Shown: positions 28,850 to 37,906 of the stretch, piece after piece
Position numbering within the stretch: the stretch's first letter is position 1
Layout: each line of letters opens with the position of its first letter
Assembly: GCA_003345545.1 (NCBI GenBank)
Contig: PRDH01000003.1
Coordinates: 1 to 64,000, forward strand
Direction: 5' to 3'
DNA: 64,000 nucleotides
DNA from: Candidatus Thorarchaeota archaeon
Lineage (GTDB): Archaea > Asgardarchaeota > Thorarchaeia > Thorarchaeales > Thorarchaeaceae
Translations under genes and position numbers: made by a program
Notes under the pieces: model-generated
The model's input: the letters and a program-made list of their open reading frames with translations, nothing else
Databases searched by the model: none
Told to the model about the DNA's origin: nothing

Positions 28850-29917
28850 ATGAAGCGCAACCATAAAGCTGCTGTTGAAGAAATGCAAAGACTGCTCAAG
28901 CAGAATACCAAGAGATACGCGTTCAAGAAACTTGAGAAAGAGGTCATAAAGACAGGAGCGTGTGTTGAATGTGGAGCATGCGTTGCTGCCTGTCCGGTTG
29001 ATGCAATATCAGGAGAGCGCACTGATAGGAAGTATGTTCCCATCCTAACCGGCGAATGCATATCCTGCGGCATCTGCTACGCTATGTGTCCAAGGTCCTT
29101 CGTTCTTCAGGACCAGCTGATTGGTGAAGTCAAGAACTCATGGAAGTTGCAGTCAACGAGAGATCATATGCGACAGGATGGAGGAGCAGTCACGGCCATC
29201 CTTGGATACATGCTTGATGAGAAAATGATAGAAGGCGCAGTGGTCGCTTGCCGGTCATCAGATACTCCATGGTTGCCGGTTGCAACAACAATCACACGGA
29301 GAGAAGATCTCTACAGGTGCGGGGGAACGATTTACACCCATGCGCAAGTTATCGATGAAATGCTGCGGGGTTTCAAGAAAAATCTCTCATCTCTTGCCGT
29401 TGTGGGCACAGCGTGCAATATCGACGCCATTCACAGAATGGAAGAACATTCCGAAGGTCTATTCAATGTGGACAGAGCAGCATCCGTTTTCAAAATCAGC
29501 CTATTCTGTATGGAGTCTTTCAATTATGGTGATCTCGTGGCATTTCTCAAGAAAGCAGGAATTGAAATCGAGAATGTCAGCCATTTTGCCATCACAAGCG
29601 GCGAACTCAAGGTCACCCTTGGGAGTGATGTACGCAGCTGGCCAGTAGCCGAATTAAACACTGCAGCGGCTTCCTCGTGTGCCTTTTGTCAGGACTTCAC
29701 CGGAAAATACTCAGATCTCTCCTGTGGGAATATTGGTTCAGATGAGGGGTGGACGACTGTTTTGGCAAGAACCGATAGGGCAGCAGACATCATCAAAGGT
29801 GCACTCAAGAAAGGGATTGTAAAAGGCGAAGCACTTGATGCTGAATCTCTTCAGGCTGTCATGAATTCAGCCCGGTTCAAAATGAATAAGTACTACCGTC
29901 TTCAGACTGGGCATTAG
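28850..29917 (+). CDS. Coenzyme F420 hydrogenase/dehydrogenase beta-subunit family protein with N-terminal 2x[4Fe-4S] (FpoF/FqoF-like)
   Basis: CVECGACVAACP and CISCGICYAMCP; QDGGAVT; VGTAC; LFCMESF; C..C.DF...SD.S.G.IG...GWT. Confidence 0.85.
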   Translation: MKRNHKAAVEEMQRLLKQNTKRYAFKKLEKEVIKTGACVECGACVAACPVDAISGERTDRKYVPILTGECISCGICYAMCPRSFVLQDQLIGEVKNSWKLQSTRDHMRQDGGAVTAILGYMLDEKMIEGAVVACRSSDTPWLPVATTITRREDLYRCGGTIYTHAQVIDEMLRGFKKNLSSLAVVGTACNIDAIHRMEEHSEGLFNVDRAASVFKISLFCMESFNYGDLVAFLKKAGIEIENVSHFAITSGELKVTLGSDVRSWPVAELNTAAASSCAFCQDFTGKYSDLSCGNIGSDEGWTTVLARTDRAADIIKGALKKGIVKGEALDAESLQAVMNSARFKMNKYYRLQTGH

Positions 29918-30019
29918 CGCTATCTCGAGTTCCATTACAGGCATATATGAAAAAAGCTGAAGATAGCCTGGGAATAGACATCTACTCCTGAATAGTGTTG
30001 AATCTCATTATCTCTCTGA

Positions 30020-31777
30020 TCACTTGACCCTCGTTCGGAAGTACAGAACGAGGACAATCAGTAGCGAGAGACCTCCCAAGAGAAACACAGTAACATAGAC
30101 TGGTAGAGGTCCTCCGCCATAGCTCATCGCTGAAACCGTGATGTTTGCCCATGGCGTTTCTTCGATGTTGTTGACTGATGAGTTGTCCTCTGCGAATACC
30201 CTGAACCACACTATTTGTCCATGAGCATACTCCCCTAGGGGAGCACCGAAGACGTCACCGATCTCAGTGCGTTCCATGGTCCTGTTCTCGAGAACGAAAC
30301 CAGCATCTTCTGGATTTCCAATACCCCAACGAACTTCTATGGTCTTGATGTGATTCAGGTCCCAGACATATGCTTGGACCGTCAGATTGTTTGTCGTCTG
30401 AGTCGTTAGTGATTGAATCACTTTGACATTAGCAATGATTGGGTTGTGTGCATCCGGTGTCACATGAACCTGAATGACTGCGAACGATGTGGAATTGAAG
30501 AAGTCGCTTAGAGTTAGATTGTAAGCATAGTCGCCAACAGCAAGGCCATTGACGAATATGGTGAAGTTCTGACCTCTCCAAGTTCCATTTTCTAGGATTT
30601 CGTCATTCCTCGTGAGATTGAACCATAGGGGATTACTCTCTTCGACTCTCCAAGTGATATTATAGCCAGTATAACCCTCCTCGTAGGTGAAATCATCAGC
30701 AGGCTGGATGACTGGTGCACGAATGTCCTTGTATATGGTAACATTGACCGAGTCTGTGGAGTTAAGTCCAAAGTCATCAAATGCAGTCAGTTCGATTGTG
30801 TAGTTACCTAGAAATAGACCATCCAAGGTGACGATAATATGTTGCCCCCCTGGGTCTGAGAAACTCCAATTCGGTTGGATTATATCAACAAACGAATGAA
30901 ACGCTGAAACATTGCCATAGCTCGTATCATTATAGTGAATTATCGCTCTCACTGTATAGTTCTTGGGATTACTATCATAGGCAGTCCAATTGATTCGGTG
31001 TCCTTTAGAGCCGAACTCGAAGAGAATGTCATCGGGGGATGACAGCAACGGGTTTGTCAGGTCGAGAGTGACCGTCACGTTGACTGAGCTTGTTGCGTTC
31101 CGACCAAAAGTATCATTGACGAAGAGCGCATAGAGGTACCAGTGGCTGGCATTAAGGCCATCAATATCTACAACAATATTCGCTCCGTTCCAAGCACCAC
31201 TAGCTATCTGAGTATAGTTAGAAGTTGATTCATTGGACGTCCGCGTCACATTGTAGTAGTCCGGATTTGATTCAGTCACATTCCAATTGATCTCGTGACC
31301 GAAGCTTCCCACTTCGTATGTAATGTTCTCATGCTGCTGGATAATTGGAGCGGTCTCGTCAAGGATGACTCTTAGTGCAGTCTGCGTAGAAGCTGACTCA
31401 TTTGCTATGTTGTTCACTGTGACTTCGAAGTTGAATTGCATGGGCAATGCTGTAATCATGTGTCTCGTGTAGAGATAGATTAAATTCACGGTAAGCTTAC
31501 CGCTGACCCAAACGCCACTATCATAGCTACTAGCATTAACAGTGACAGTGTAGTTCTTGGGATTGGCATCAAATGTGTCGTAGATGAGGGTCTCGCCCAC
31601 ACTACCGTTTTCGAATTGATAGGAAGCAGGACCTGTTATTGTTGGAGCAGCTGGTTCCATCACACGAATCTGAGCGAGAGGAAGACCCACATTGTTGATG
31701 GAGATGACATATGGCGAAACTACGAACCAAGTCAACATGAGAGCGATTATGAAGCGGCTACGATTCGACGAGACCAT
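30020..31777 (-). CDS. Membrane-anchored surface protein with tandem Ig-like repeats
   Basis: Signal anchor; four repeats of P.I....[YF]E.G..G..I.W...[DE].NP..Y...; many sequons; C-terminal TM followed by RTRVK. Confidence 0.75.
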   Translation of the reverse strand: MVSSNRSRFIIALMLTWFVVSPYVISINNVGLPLAQIRVMEPAAPTITGPASYQFENGSVGETLIYDTFDANPKNYTVTVNASSYDSGVWVSGKLTVNLIYLYTRHMITALPMQFNFEVTVNNIANESASTQTALRVILDETAPIIQQHENITYEVGSFGHEINWNVTESNPDYYNVTRTSNESTSNYTQIASGAWNGANIVVDIDGLNASHWYLYALFVNDTFGRNATSSVNVTVTLDLTNPLLSSPDDILFEFGSKGHRINWTAYDSNPKNYTVRAIIHYNDTSYGNVSAFHSFVDIIQPNWSFSDPGGQHIIVTLDGLFLGNYTIELTAFDDFGLNSTDSVNVTIYKDIRAPVIQPADDFTYEEGYTGYNITWRVEESNPLWFNLTRNDEILENGTWRGQNFTIFVNGLAVGDYAYNLTLSDFFNSTSFAVIQVHVTPDAHNPIIANVKVIQSLTTQTTNNLTVQAYVWDLNHIKTIEVRWGIGNPEDAGFVLENRTMERTEIGDVFGAPLGEYAHGQIVWFRVFAEDNSSVNNIEETPWANITVSAMSYGGGPLPVYVTVFLLGGLSLLIVLVLYFRTRVK

Positions 31778-31976
31778 ATGACCAACATCCTATGCATCCT
31801 TGTTACACATATCGACCGGTCGGACTTCAGAGTGCGGTTTTATACCCTTCGGTAGTTCAACTGCTCCACGATATTTCGGCAGTGCATTTATCAAGAATAG
31901 GCTGATAAGACCATTTGCTTCTAACAGAGCAAGACCTTCGTTAGCTGGGACACATTGAAACAGGGGAAAAAAGACA

Positions 31977-32894
31977 GTGCCTAAGGCAATCTTCTCGATT
32001 TGGTGGGACGACCGTCTTGGACCCATGGTTGGGCGTTCATACCCTGAGGCACCACCGCTTTCCAGTGAGGAGGCCGTCACAGTCTTTATGGGTCATGGAG
32101 CAAACATGGAAATTCAGGTAGGATATTCCAAGATCCAGAGTGGCGTTGTGATATCATATATGAGACCACCAAACTGCATAGCCGTTCTCTTAGATGATGG
32201 AGAGAACAGCGCAACGATCGAGAGAAACATCTTGCGACTAGCGCCCACTATTGATTTCAATAGCGATACCTGGGACAGAGAACTCGAAAAGGCGTATCGT
32301 GGTCTTGAGGATCTGATTACTGAAACCACTGGCGAGGAACTACTCCTGAATCCGAATGTGAAGCATCTCGTTGCAGACATGATGGATGGCCGACTTGCGT
32401 CAGTCACACCAACACATGTACTGAAGGCAACAATCAGATATCCAGATGCACATGAGTATCTAGGCAACGACGATGAAGAAGTGTTGAGACTTCTCAGAGA
32501 CCTCGAGGATGAGGAAGTGCTTGAGTCCCGTACGTATGGCCGAAGAGTTGAGTGTCGCCAGTGCGGCGATTCTGATTTGATGATTAGCCTTCTGTGTCCT
32601 TCATGCAACTCTGAGGACATACACAAGGTCTACACAGTGTATTGCCCTAAGTGCGGCAATCAATTCCAGACATTGTTGGCCGATGATCTTGCAGTAGTCA
32701 AATGCTTGAGCTGCAAACAACCAGTGAAGGTCAGCCAGCTCTCTGTCATCGATGTCGAGCCGCTATGCAACAAATGTGGTACTGCATCCAATGACCCAAA
32801 GATAGTGTTCAAGTGTGGGACATGCGGAAAGCAGTTGAAAGGGGCCGATCTACTATCGGGCACTGGATTGGCGTACTATTTCAGGAATGTGTAG
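31977..32894 (+). CDS. uDENN/longin-like domain fused to a TackOD1-like wHTH + multi-zinc-ribbon domain
   Basis: N-terminal IFSIWWDDRLGP....YP; C-terminal YP...LRDLEDEEVL then six CxxC pairs (CRQC, CPSC, CPKC, CLSC, CNKC, CGTC). Confidence 0.6.
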   Translation: MPKAIFSIWWDDRLGPMVGRSYPEAPPLSSEEAVTVFMGHGANMEIQVGYSKIQSGVVISYMRPPNCIAVLLDDGENSATIERNILRLAPTIDFNSDTWDRELEKAYRGLEDLITETTGEELLLNPNVKHLVADMMDGRLASVTPTHVLKATIRYPDAHEYLGNDDEEVLRLLRDLEDEEVLESRTYGRRVECRQCGDSDLMISLLCPSCNSEDIHKVYTVYCPKCGNQFQTLLADDLAVVKCLSCKQPVKVSQLSVIDVEPLCNKCGTASNDPKIVFKCGTCGKQLKGADLLSGTGLAYYFRNV

Positions 32895-32917
32895 GACCAG
32901 AAAATCACAGATGGTCC

Positions 32918-34525
32918 CTAGCTATCTTCCTTCTTCTTACCTTTCTTTATTGTCTTCTTCACCACAGTTCTAGCATCTTTCACTATCTTCTCTGCGCGTC
33001 CGTCACTGAGTCCATCGATCTTCTGTGCAAGCCTTTGCGGTGTTTCACCAGCGAGTTGGACGGCAGATTCGTAACCAGCCGCCTTAAGCTTCTTCTCCAG
33101 AGCCTCGCCGATTCCAGGAATTCCTTGAAGGGACATATTTGACTTGGAATCTTCACCGAGTATTTCACTCATATCACTATCACTCAATTCAGTGCCCGCA
33201 TCGATTATGTCGATCTGACTCTTAATTGAATCAAAGTCATGTGATCCAACAAAGGCGTCAACTGTCTTTTTCACCTGACGGTCATCAAAGTCAAAGGCCA
33301 ATTCCTCAATCTCTATCTCCCGTCCCAGAATCGCTGGAAGATGCCCCGTAAGGTACAGAGCTATAAGAGATGAGAATATGGCCACTTGTCCACCGAATAC
33401 GGTCAGATAGCTAGGAATATGAAACTGTATCCCGAATACAAGGAGATTGAGATCAACAGCTAAAAACAGTAGCACATAGCCCAAGAAGAAGAACCAAATC
33501 AGGGATAGCCGAATTCCCTTTGTTCGGACAGAACCAAGCTCTGGCCAAATCAGACACACACATAGCCCAAGAAGGTAGCCCTCGAAGAACCTTTCAGAAC
33601 TGAGTAGGATCTGAAGCAATGAGAACAAGTCCGTATCCTGAAAGAAACCAGTGTATAGAGTGGAACCAAAAATCGTCAATAATCCCATCATCAAAAGAGC
33701 AAAACTGAAAGCGGGCTTTCTACCCTTAGTGTCAGCAATGACACCTGCAACTACTATGCCAAGGATGAGAATAAGCGTTTCGAGTAAGGGCAAGTTAACA
33801 TATTGACTCAATGATTCAAAAGAGGAGTCTCCTGCAAAATGCTCCTGAAAGCTGAGTTTCATCACCATGTACCAAAGTATGTATGAAGCCATGATCAATA
33901 CAGTAGGGGTGAAATATGTGAGAACACTCCCAGATGCTGCGAGGCGCGCCCTAGGTTGTCGCCAAGGCTTCATGCCAATTGAAACGATCAGAAGCACAAT
34001 CGCGATAACTGCTGGCAGGGTGAGATAGGAAGAGCCCAGAAGGATGCTCATTTGCTCAAATAATGCATAGAGAGTGACGAGGATTATTGTGACGCACAGG
34101 AATACTGCTACCGTGCGACCCCGATACTTAACAATGATGCCTTGATTGACACGAACAGTCCAAAGAACCAAGAGAGAGGCCAATCCAGCAAATGAAGATA
34201 GTACTAGGAGCAACTCCACAGTTTCCAGTTGCTGCAAGGTGAGTGGAGCAAGTCTAAGCAATGCAACTATTGGCGTGACTACCGCGGCAAGGACTACCAA
34301 GAAGTCAATTCTTCGTATTCGATCTGCAAGAATACCCGTCAATGGAAGTGCAAAGACAGCAGCGAGTGCACCGAGCCCTAGTAGTCCATAGTGTTCCAGG
34401 AGTGTCAGACCAAAGAGTGTACCTGATATCAGTTTCAGTATGATATAGATATTCAGTGCTACAGGACCAGCAAACAGAATGAAGAGACTGGCAGTCTTTG
34501 TGGGGAACTCACGATACTGAAGCAT
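32918..34525 (-). CDS. Multi-pass (MFS-like) membrane protein with C-terminal helix-hairpin-helix domain
   Basis: About 12 TM with GILADRIRR and GVIADTKGRK; acidic linker; SLQGIPGIGEALEKKLKAAGY...IDGLSDGRAEKIV (RadA-N/DUF4332-like). Start probably ATG 34525. Confidence 0.7.
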   Translation of the reverse strand: MLQYREFPTKTASLFILFAGPVALNIYIILKLISGTLFGLTLLEHYGLLGLGALAAVFALPLTGILADRIRRIDFLVVLAAVVTPIVALLRLAPLTLQQLETVELLLVLSSFAGLASLLVLWTVRVNQGIIVKYRGRTVAVFLCVTIILVTLYALFEQMSILLGSSYLTLPAVIAIVLLIVSIGMKPWRQPRARLAASGSVLTYFTPTVLIMASYILWYMVMKLSFQEHFAGDSSFESLSQYVNLPLLETLILILGIVVAGVIADTKGRKPAFSFALLMMGLLTIFGSTLYTGFFQDTDLFSLLQILLSSERFFEGYLLGLCVCLIWPELGSVRTKGIRLSLIWFFFLGYVLLFLAVDLNLLVFGIQFHIPSYLTVFGGQVAIFSSLIALYLTGHLPAILGREIEIEELAFDFDDRQVKKTVDAFVGSHDFDSIKSQIDIIDAGTELSDSDMSEILGEDSKSNMSLQGIPGIGEALEKKLKAAGYESAVQLAGETPQRLAQKIDGLSDGRAEKIVKDARTVVKKTIKKGKKKEDS

Positions 34526-34683
34526 ATATCTCTCTCCAAGGAATGAAATACCCTGAGACTGATGGGTTATGGACATTTCGACTTCTTATTTATATCGAGA
34601 GCCTTTTCAATGTACCAGCAATGAACCTCAGCGATATCTTAATGTCCTCTCAGTTTTCCCTAAGATACACGGAGCGAGAAAGT

Positions 34684-35592
34684 TTGGTTGGAAAGCTTGG
34701 TGTAAACGAATTCATGGTCTTGACTACAGGAGGTACTCCGATTTTCCACTACTCTACAACAGACACTCCAAAGCTTGATCATCTCCTTTCGGGATTCATT
34801 AGTGCAATAACAAGCTTTGCAACTGAATTTGGCGAGCGATCCATTCAGAGCCTATCATTCGAAGGGTCACAACTTCTCTATGAGCAACACGATAATAACT
34901 ACCTCTGCGTCTTCCTTGTAGAAACAGGTTCGTCAGAGAAGGTGCTTCGCGCAGTACTGCGCGAGCTGAGCAAGAAATTCATGTCGCGATATAGAGACGA
35001 ATTGAAGATGGATGTCCCAATTCTAGATGTCTTTATGGACTTCGAACAAGTGGTCAAGAGCGTCTTGTCTCACTATGAAGGAGTCCTCGCAGAAATATCA
35101 GGTTTCAGCAGCTTTTCAGTCCCTGAAATCAAGAAAGCCGATTTGGACATAGCAACCGAGTCAGAGGGTTTTCTGGACGAATTCCATCGTGACTTTGGTA
35201 CCTCAGGCAATAGAGTTCTATCTGTAATCGATGGCAAGAAGACGCTATATGATATGAGCCGCGACCTCGGAATCACTCCAGTAGAAATCCGAGATGTGGT
35301 CGAATACTTGGCAATTAGAGGATTCCTAGGCATCTCAAGCCTCTGCCCGCTGATCAAAGGAAATGATGCGCGCTTTGAAGCCTATCTAGACATTGTTGGC
35401 CTTCCAAGCAAGGACTATCAGCTTCTTGAGAGAGCAAAGAATCTATGCAACGGGAAGAGGACACTTGTAGAAGTCAGTGAAAGACTCGGAGTCAATCCTG
35501 AGCGGCTCTACGATGTTCTTGAAAAGATGGGAGAGGAAGTTGAATGGAGACTCGTTGAAGTCTCCACTTCTTTGCACACATTTTCACCCTAG
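34684..35592 (+). CDS. Longin domain + two winged-helix domains (paralog A)
   Basis: VL...GGTPIFHY...LLSGFISAI.SFA.E...I..L.F...LLY...L..L...F...Y longin pattern; IDGKKTL.DM...LG and CNGKRTL.EV...LG wHTH units. Start probably TTG 34684. Confidence 0.7.
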   Translation: MVGKLGVNEFMVLTTGGTPIFHYSTTDTPKLDHLLSGFISAITSFATEFGERSIQSLSFEGSQLLYEQHDNNYLCVFLVETGSSEKVLRAVLRELSKKFMSRYRDELKMDVPILDVFMDFEQVVKSVLSHYEGVLAEISGFSSFSVPEIKKADLDIATESEGFLDEFHRDFGTSGNRVLSVIDGKKTLYDMSRDLGITPVEIRDVVEYLAIRGFLGISSLCPLIKGNDARFEAYLDIVGLPSKDYQLLERAKNLCNGKRTLVEVSERLGVNPERLYDVLEKMGEEVEWRLVEVSTSLHTFSP

Positions 35593-35661
35593 TTCACTTT
35601 CTTCGAAGTGATTAAGTAGGTCTTTGTCCACTGCGAACCACGATTCTAGGAGAATACTCCA

Positions 35662-36939
35662 TTGGTCAAAGAGATCATTGTGCTGCAAGAAGGAGGAATA
35701 CTTCTCTTCCACTATAGCATCGGTGGCACAAAGAAGCTAGATGAACTGGTCGCAGCATTCCTATCAGCAGTCGATTCGTTAGCGCAGCAAGTAGGGCGAG
35801 ATAGAATCACAACGATTTCGTTTGCTGCCAATAAGCTGGTTTGGGAAAAGAAAGGCAACCTGTTCTTCATCGCAATGATTTCTGAAGAGAGCACCAATGA
35901 GATATTCAGGATCATATTAAGAGATCTCGCCGAGCAATTCGTGAGTATGTATTACGCGGATTTGATGAACGAGTTCTTTGACTTGGGGAGATTCAAGTCA
36001 TTCACGGATGTTGTGGAAACAACACTCCACAAATTCGATGGTATCCCTGGATTAGCAAGGCGGTACAAGACAATCTTGCTACCATCTGAAGAGCTGAATA
36101 TTCTGGCGAAAAAGCTGGTTGAAGTAGAAGTCAGTCGAGATGTCCTCAGAGGGTGTCTCATTACTTCTGATGGGTATATTGCCCTATCTCATCTTCGCGC
36201 CTATGAAATCGAGATTGTTCTGGATCTCATGCCCATTCTGCTTCGGGATGTTGAGATCAGGGAGCATGCAAGTCTGGAAAAACCAACAGCTCTTCTTCTC
36301 ATCAGGACTCATAACAAGGGCGTCGCGGCATTCATCGTAAGACTTGGATTATCTGAGGAGTCGTACTACGAACTAGTGACGCCATTCTTAGCCTATGCTT
36401 CGGAAGCTGACTTTGAAGGTGCGAGGAAACTTGAACCGGAGAAGACAGAGAGTCAGATCTCATTCTACAGTTTTGATAGAGTCAAGCCGATTGCCAGTAT
36501 TGATGGCATTGAGCACGAGCTGAATTCACTGCTTAGCGCAGCCTCCGAGAACACTCGTTCAGGCGCAATCAAATTGAGAGAGGCCCTTCCAGAATCACCA
36601 CTCGTGGCCGAGATTCAGCAGATATTGGCCTTGCCTAAGAATCAATTAGACGAATTGCTCGCCAATCTAATAGCAAGAAACATGATCAGAATCATGAAAG
36701 TATTTCCAACTCTCGACGAGCGTGATGAGAGGTTTTCAATGTTTCTGGAGGTCATTGGAATTAAGAAGAAAGACTTTGATGTCGTCAACACTATCTGGAA
36801 GTACTGCGATGGTAGCCTTTCAATACAGGAAATATCAGAAAGAACAAGCATTCCTGCGCCTAGGATCATGGAAGTCCTGCGCGAACTAGGCAACAATGTT
36901 ACTTGGTCTAACGACCGGAGGTTAATTCATGTCAGGTAA
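35662..36939 (+). CDS. Longin domain + roadblock/profilin-like insert + two winged-helix domains (paralog B)
   Basis: N- and C-termini align with paralog A; extra central domain with LRGCLITSDGYIALS; CDGSLSIQEISERT wHTH. Confidence 0.7.
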   Translation: MVKEIIVLQEGGILLFHYSIGGTKKLDELVAAFLSAVDSLAQQVGRDRITTISFAANKLVWEKKGNLFFIAMISEESTNEIFRIILRDLAEQFVSMYYADLMNEFFDLGRFKSFTDVVETTLHKFDGIPGLARRYKTILLPSEELNILAKKLVEVEVSRDVLRGCLITSDGYIALSHLRAYEIEIVLDLMPILLRDVEIREHASLEKPTALLLIRTHNKGVAAFIVRLGLSEESYYELVTPFLAYASEADFEGARKLEPEKTESQISFYSFDRVKPIASIDGIEHELNSLLSAASENTRSGAIKLREALPESPLVAEIQQILALPKNQLDELLANLIARNMIRIMKVFPTLDERDERFSMFLEVIGIKKKDFDVVNTIWKYCDGSLSIQEISERTSIPAPRIMEVLRELGNNVTWSNDRRLIHVR

Positions 36940-37684
36940 GATCATTTCAATACACAGTTTTCGTGGAGGAACAGGGAAATCGAACATTGCTGCAAATCTT
37001 GCAGCATATGCTGCGTTGCAGGGAAAAAAGGTAGCAGTCATGGATACTGACATGGCATCACCAGGTATTCATGTTATCTTTGGCCTAGGCCGAGAGAAAT
37101 TGAAGTATACGCTCAACGACTATCTAAGGGGTTCATGTGATATCACTGATGCTTGTATCGATCTGACAAGTCGTTTAGATATCAAGGGGGGAGGAAAGCT
37201 CTTCCTTATTCCAAGCTCTATGACTGCCACTGATATCACTCGAATTCTGAGAGAAGGCTACGAGGTAGGAGATCTCAAGAAGGGCTTCACTGACGTGATT
37301 AAGGCAAAAGATCTTGACTATCTCATTATTGACACGCACCCCGGGTTGGACAGAGAAACCCTACTATCAATGGCAACAGCACACTATCTTTTCGTTGTGG
37401 CAAGAATAGATGAACAGGACCTCCTGGGAACAGCCGCAACATTGAGCGTCGCAAGAAAACTCCAGGTTCCTGAGATTCGAATTATCATCAACAAGAAACC
37501 AGGTATCTACGAGGATAAGGCGATTACCTCTGAAGTTGAATCAAAATTCAAAGCCCGAGTCGCTACAATCATTCCGCTTCTTCCCCTGTTGATAGAAGTC
37601 GGTAGTCGCTTCGTGGTCATTTTGAGATATCCAGAAAACGAATTCGCAAAGAACATTGATGACATCTACAGAATGATTCTGTAG
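36929..37684 (+). CDS. MinD/ParA-family (SIMIBI) ATPase
   Basis: Deviant Walker A SFRGGTGKS; DTD switch I; YLIIDTHPG; IIINK; overlaps the upstream gene by 11 nt. Confidence 0.88.
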   Translation: MSGKIISIHSFRGGTGKSNIAANLAAYAALQGKKVAVMDTDMASPGIHVIFGLGREKLKYTLNDYLRGSCDITDACIDLTSRLDIKGGGKLFLIPSSMTATDITRILREGYEVGDLKKGFTDVIKAKDLDYLIIDTHPGLDRETLLSMATAHYLFVVARIDEQDLLGTAATLSVARKLQVPEIRIIINKKPGIYEDKAITSEVESKFKARVATIIPLLPLLIEVGSRFVVILRYPENEFAKNIDDIYRMIL

Positions 37685-37704
37685 GCTATTAGCCGAATAG
37701 CCTA
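37682..37704 (+). terminator. 9-bp perfect hairpin at the MinD-like stop codon
   Basis: TAGGCTATT-AGCCG-AATAGCCTA. Confidence 0.45.
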
Positions 37705-37906
37705 GGAGCCTGAATGATGATCACCGCAAGGACTAGAATTATGAAGCACACTAGGAGAAGGAAAAAGAGAAGGGAATCGGTCTTTGATTGATGCTCGTAC
37801 GTCATCGCAATCCGATGTAGCAGCAACATAATTAACTCTTACTCCAAGTCTACAGCTGTAGAACTTCTAATAGGTCTGTTCCAGTAGATGAAATAGAGCT
37901 TGGAGG

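Noticed and set aside
34498-34683. N-terminal extension of the first longin ORF
   Set aside because: It overlaps the divergent gene and promoter; paralog B aligns only from about 34700.
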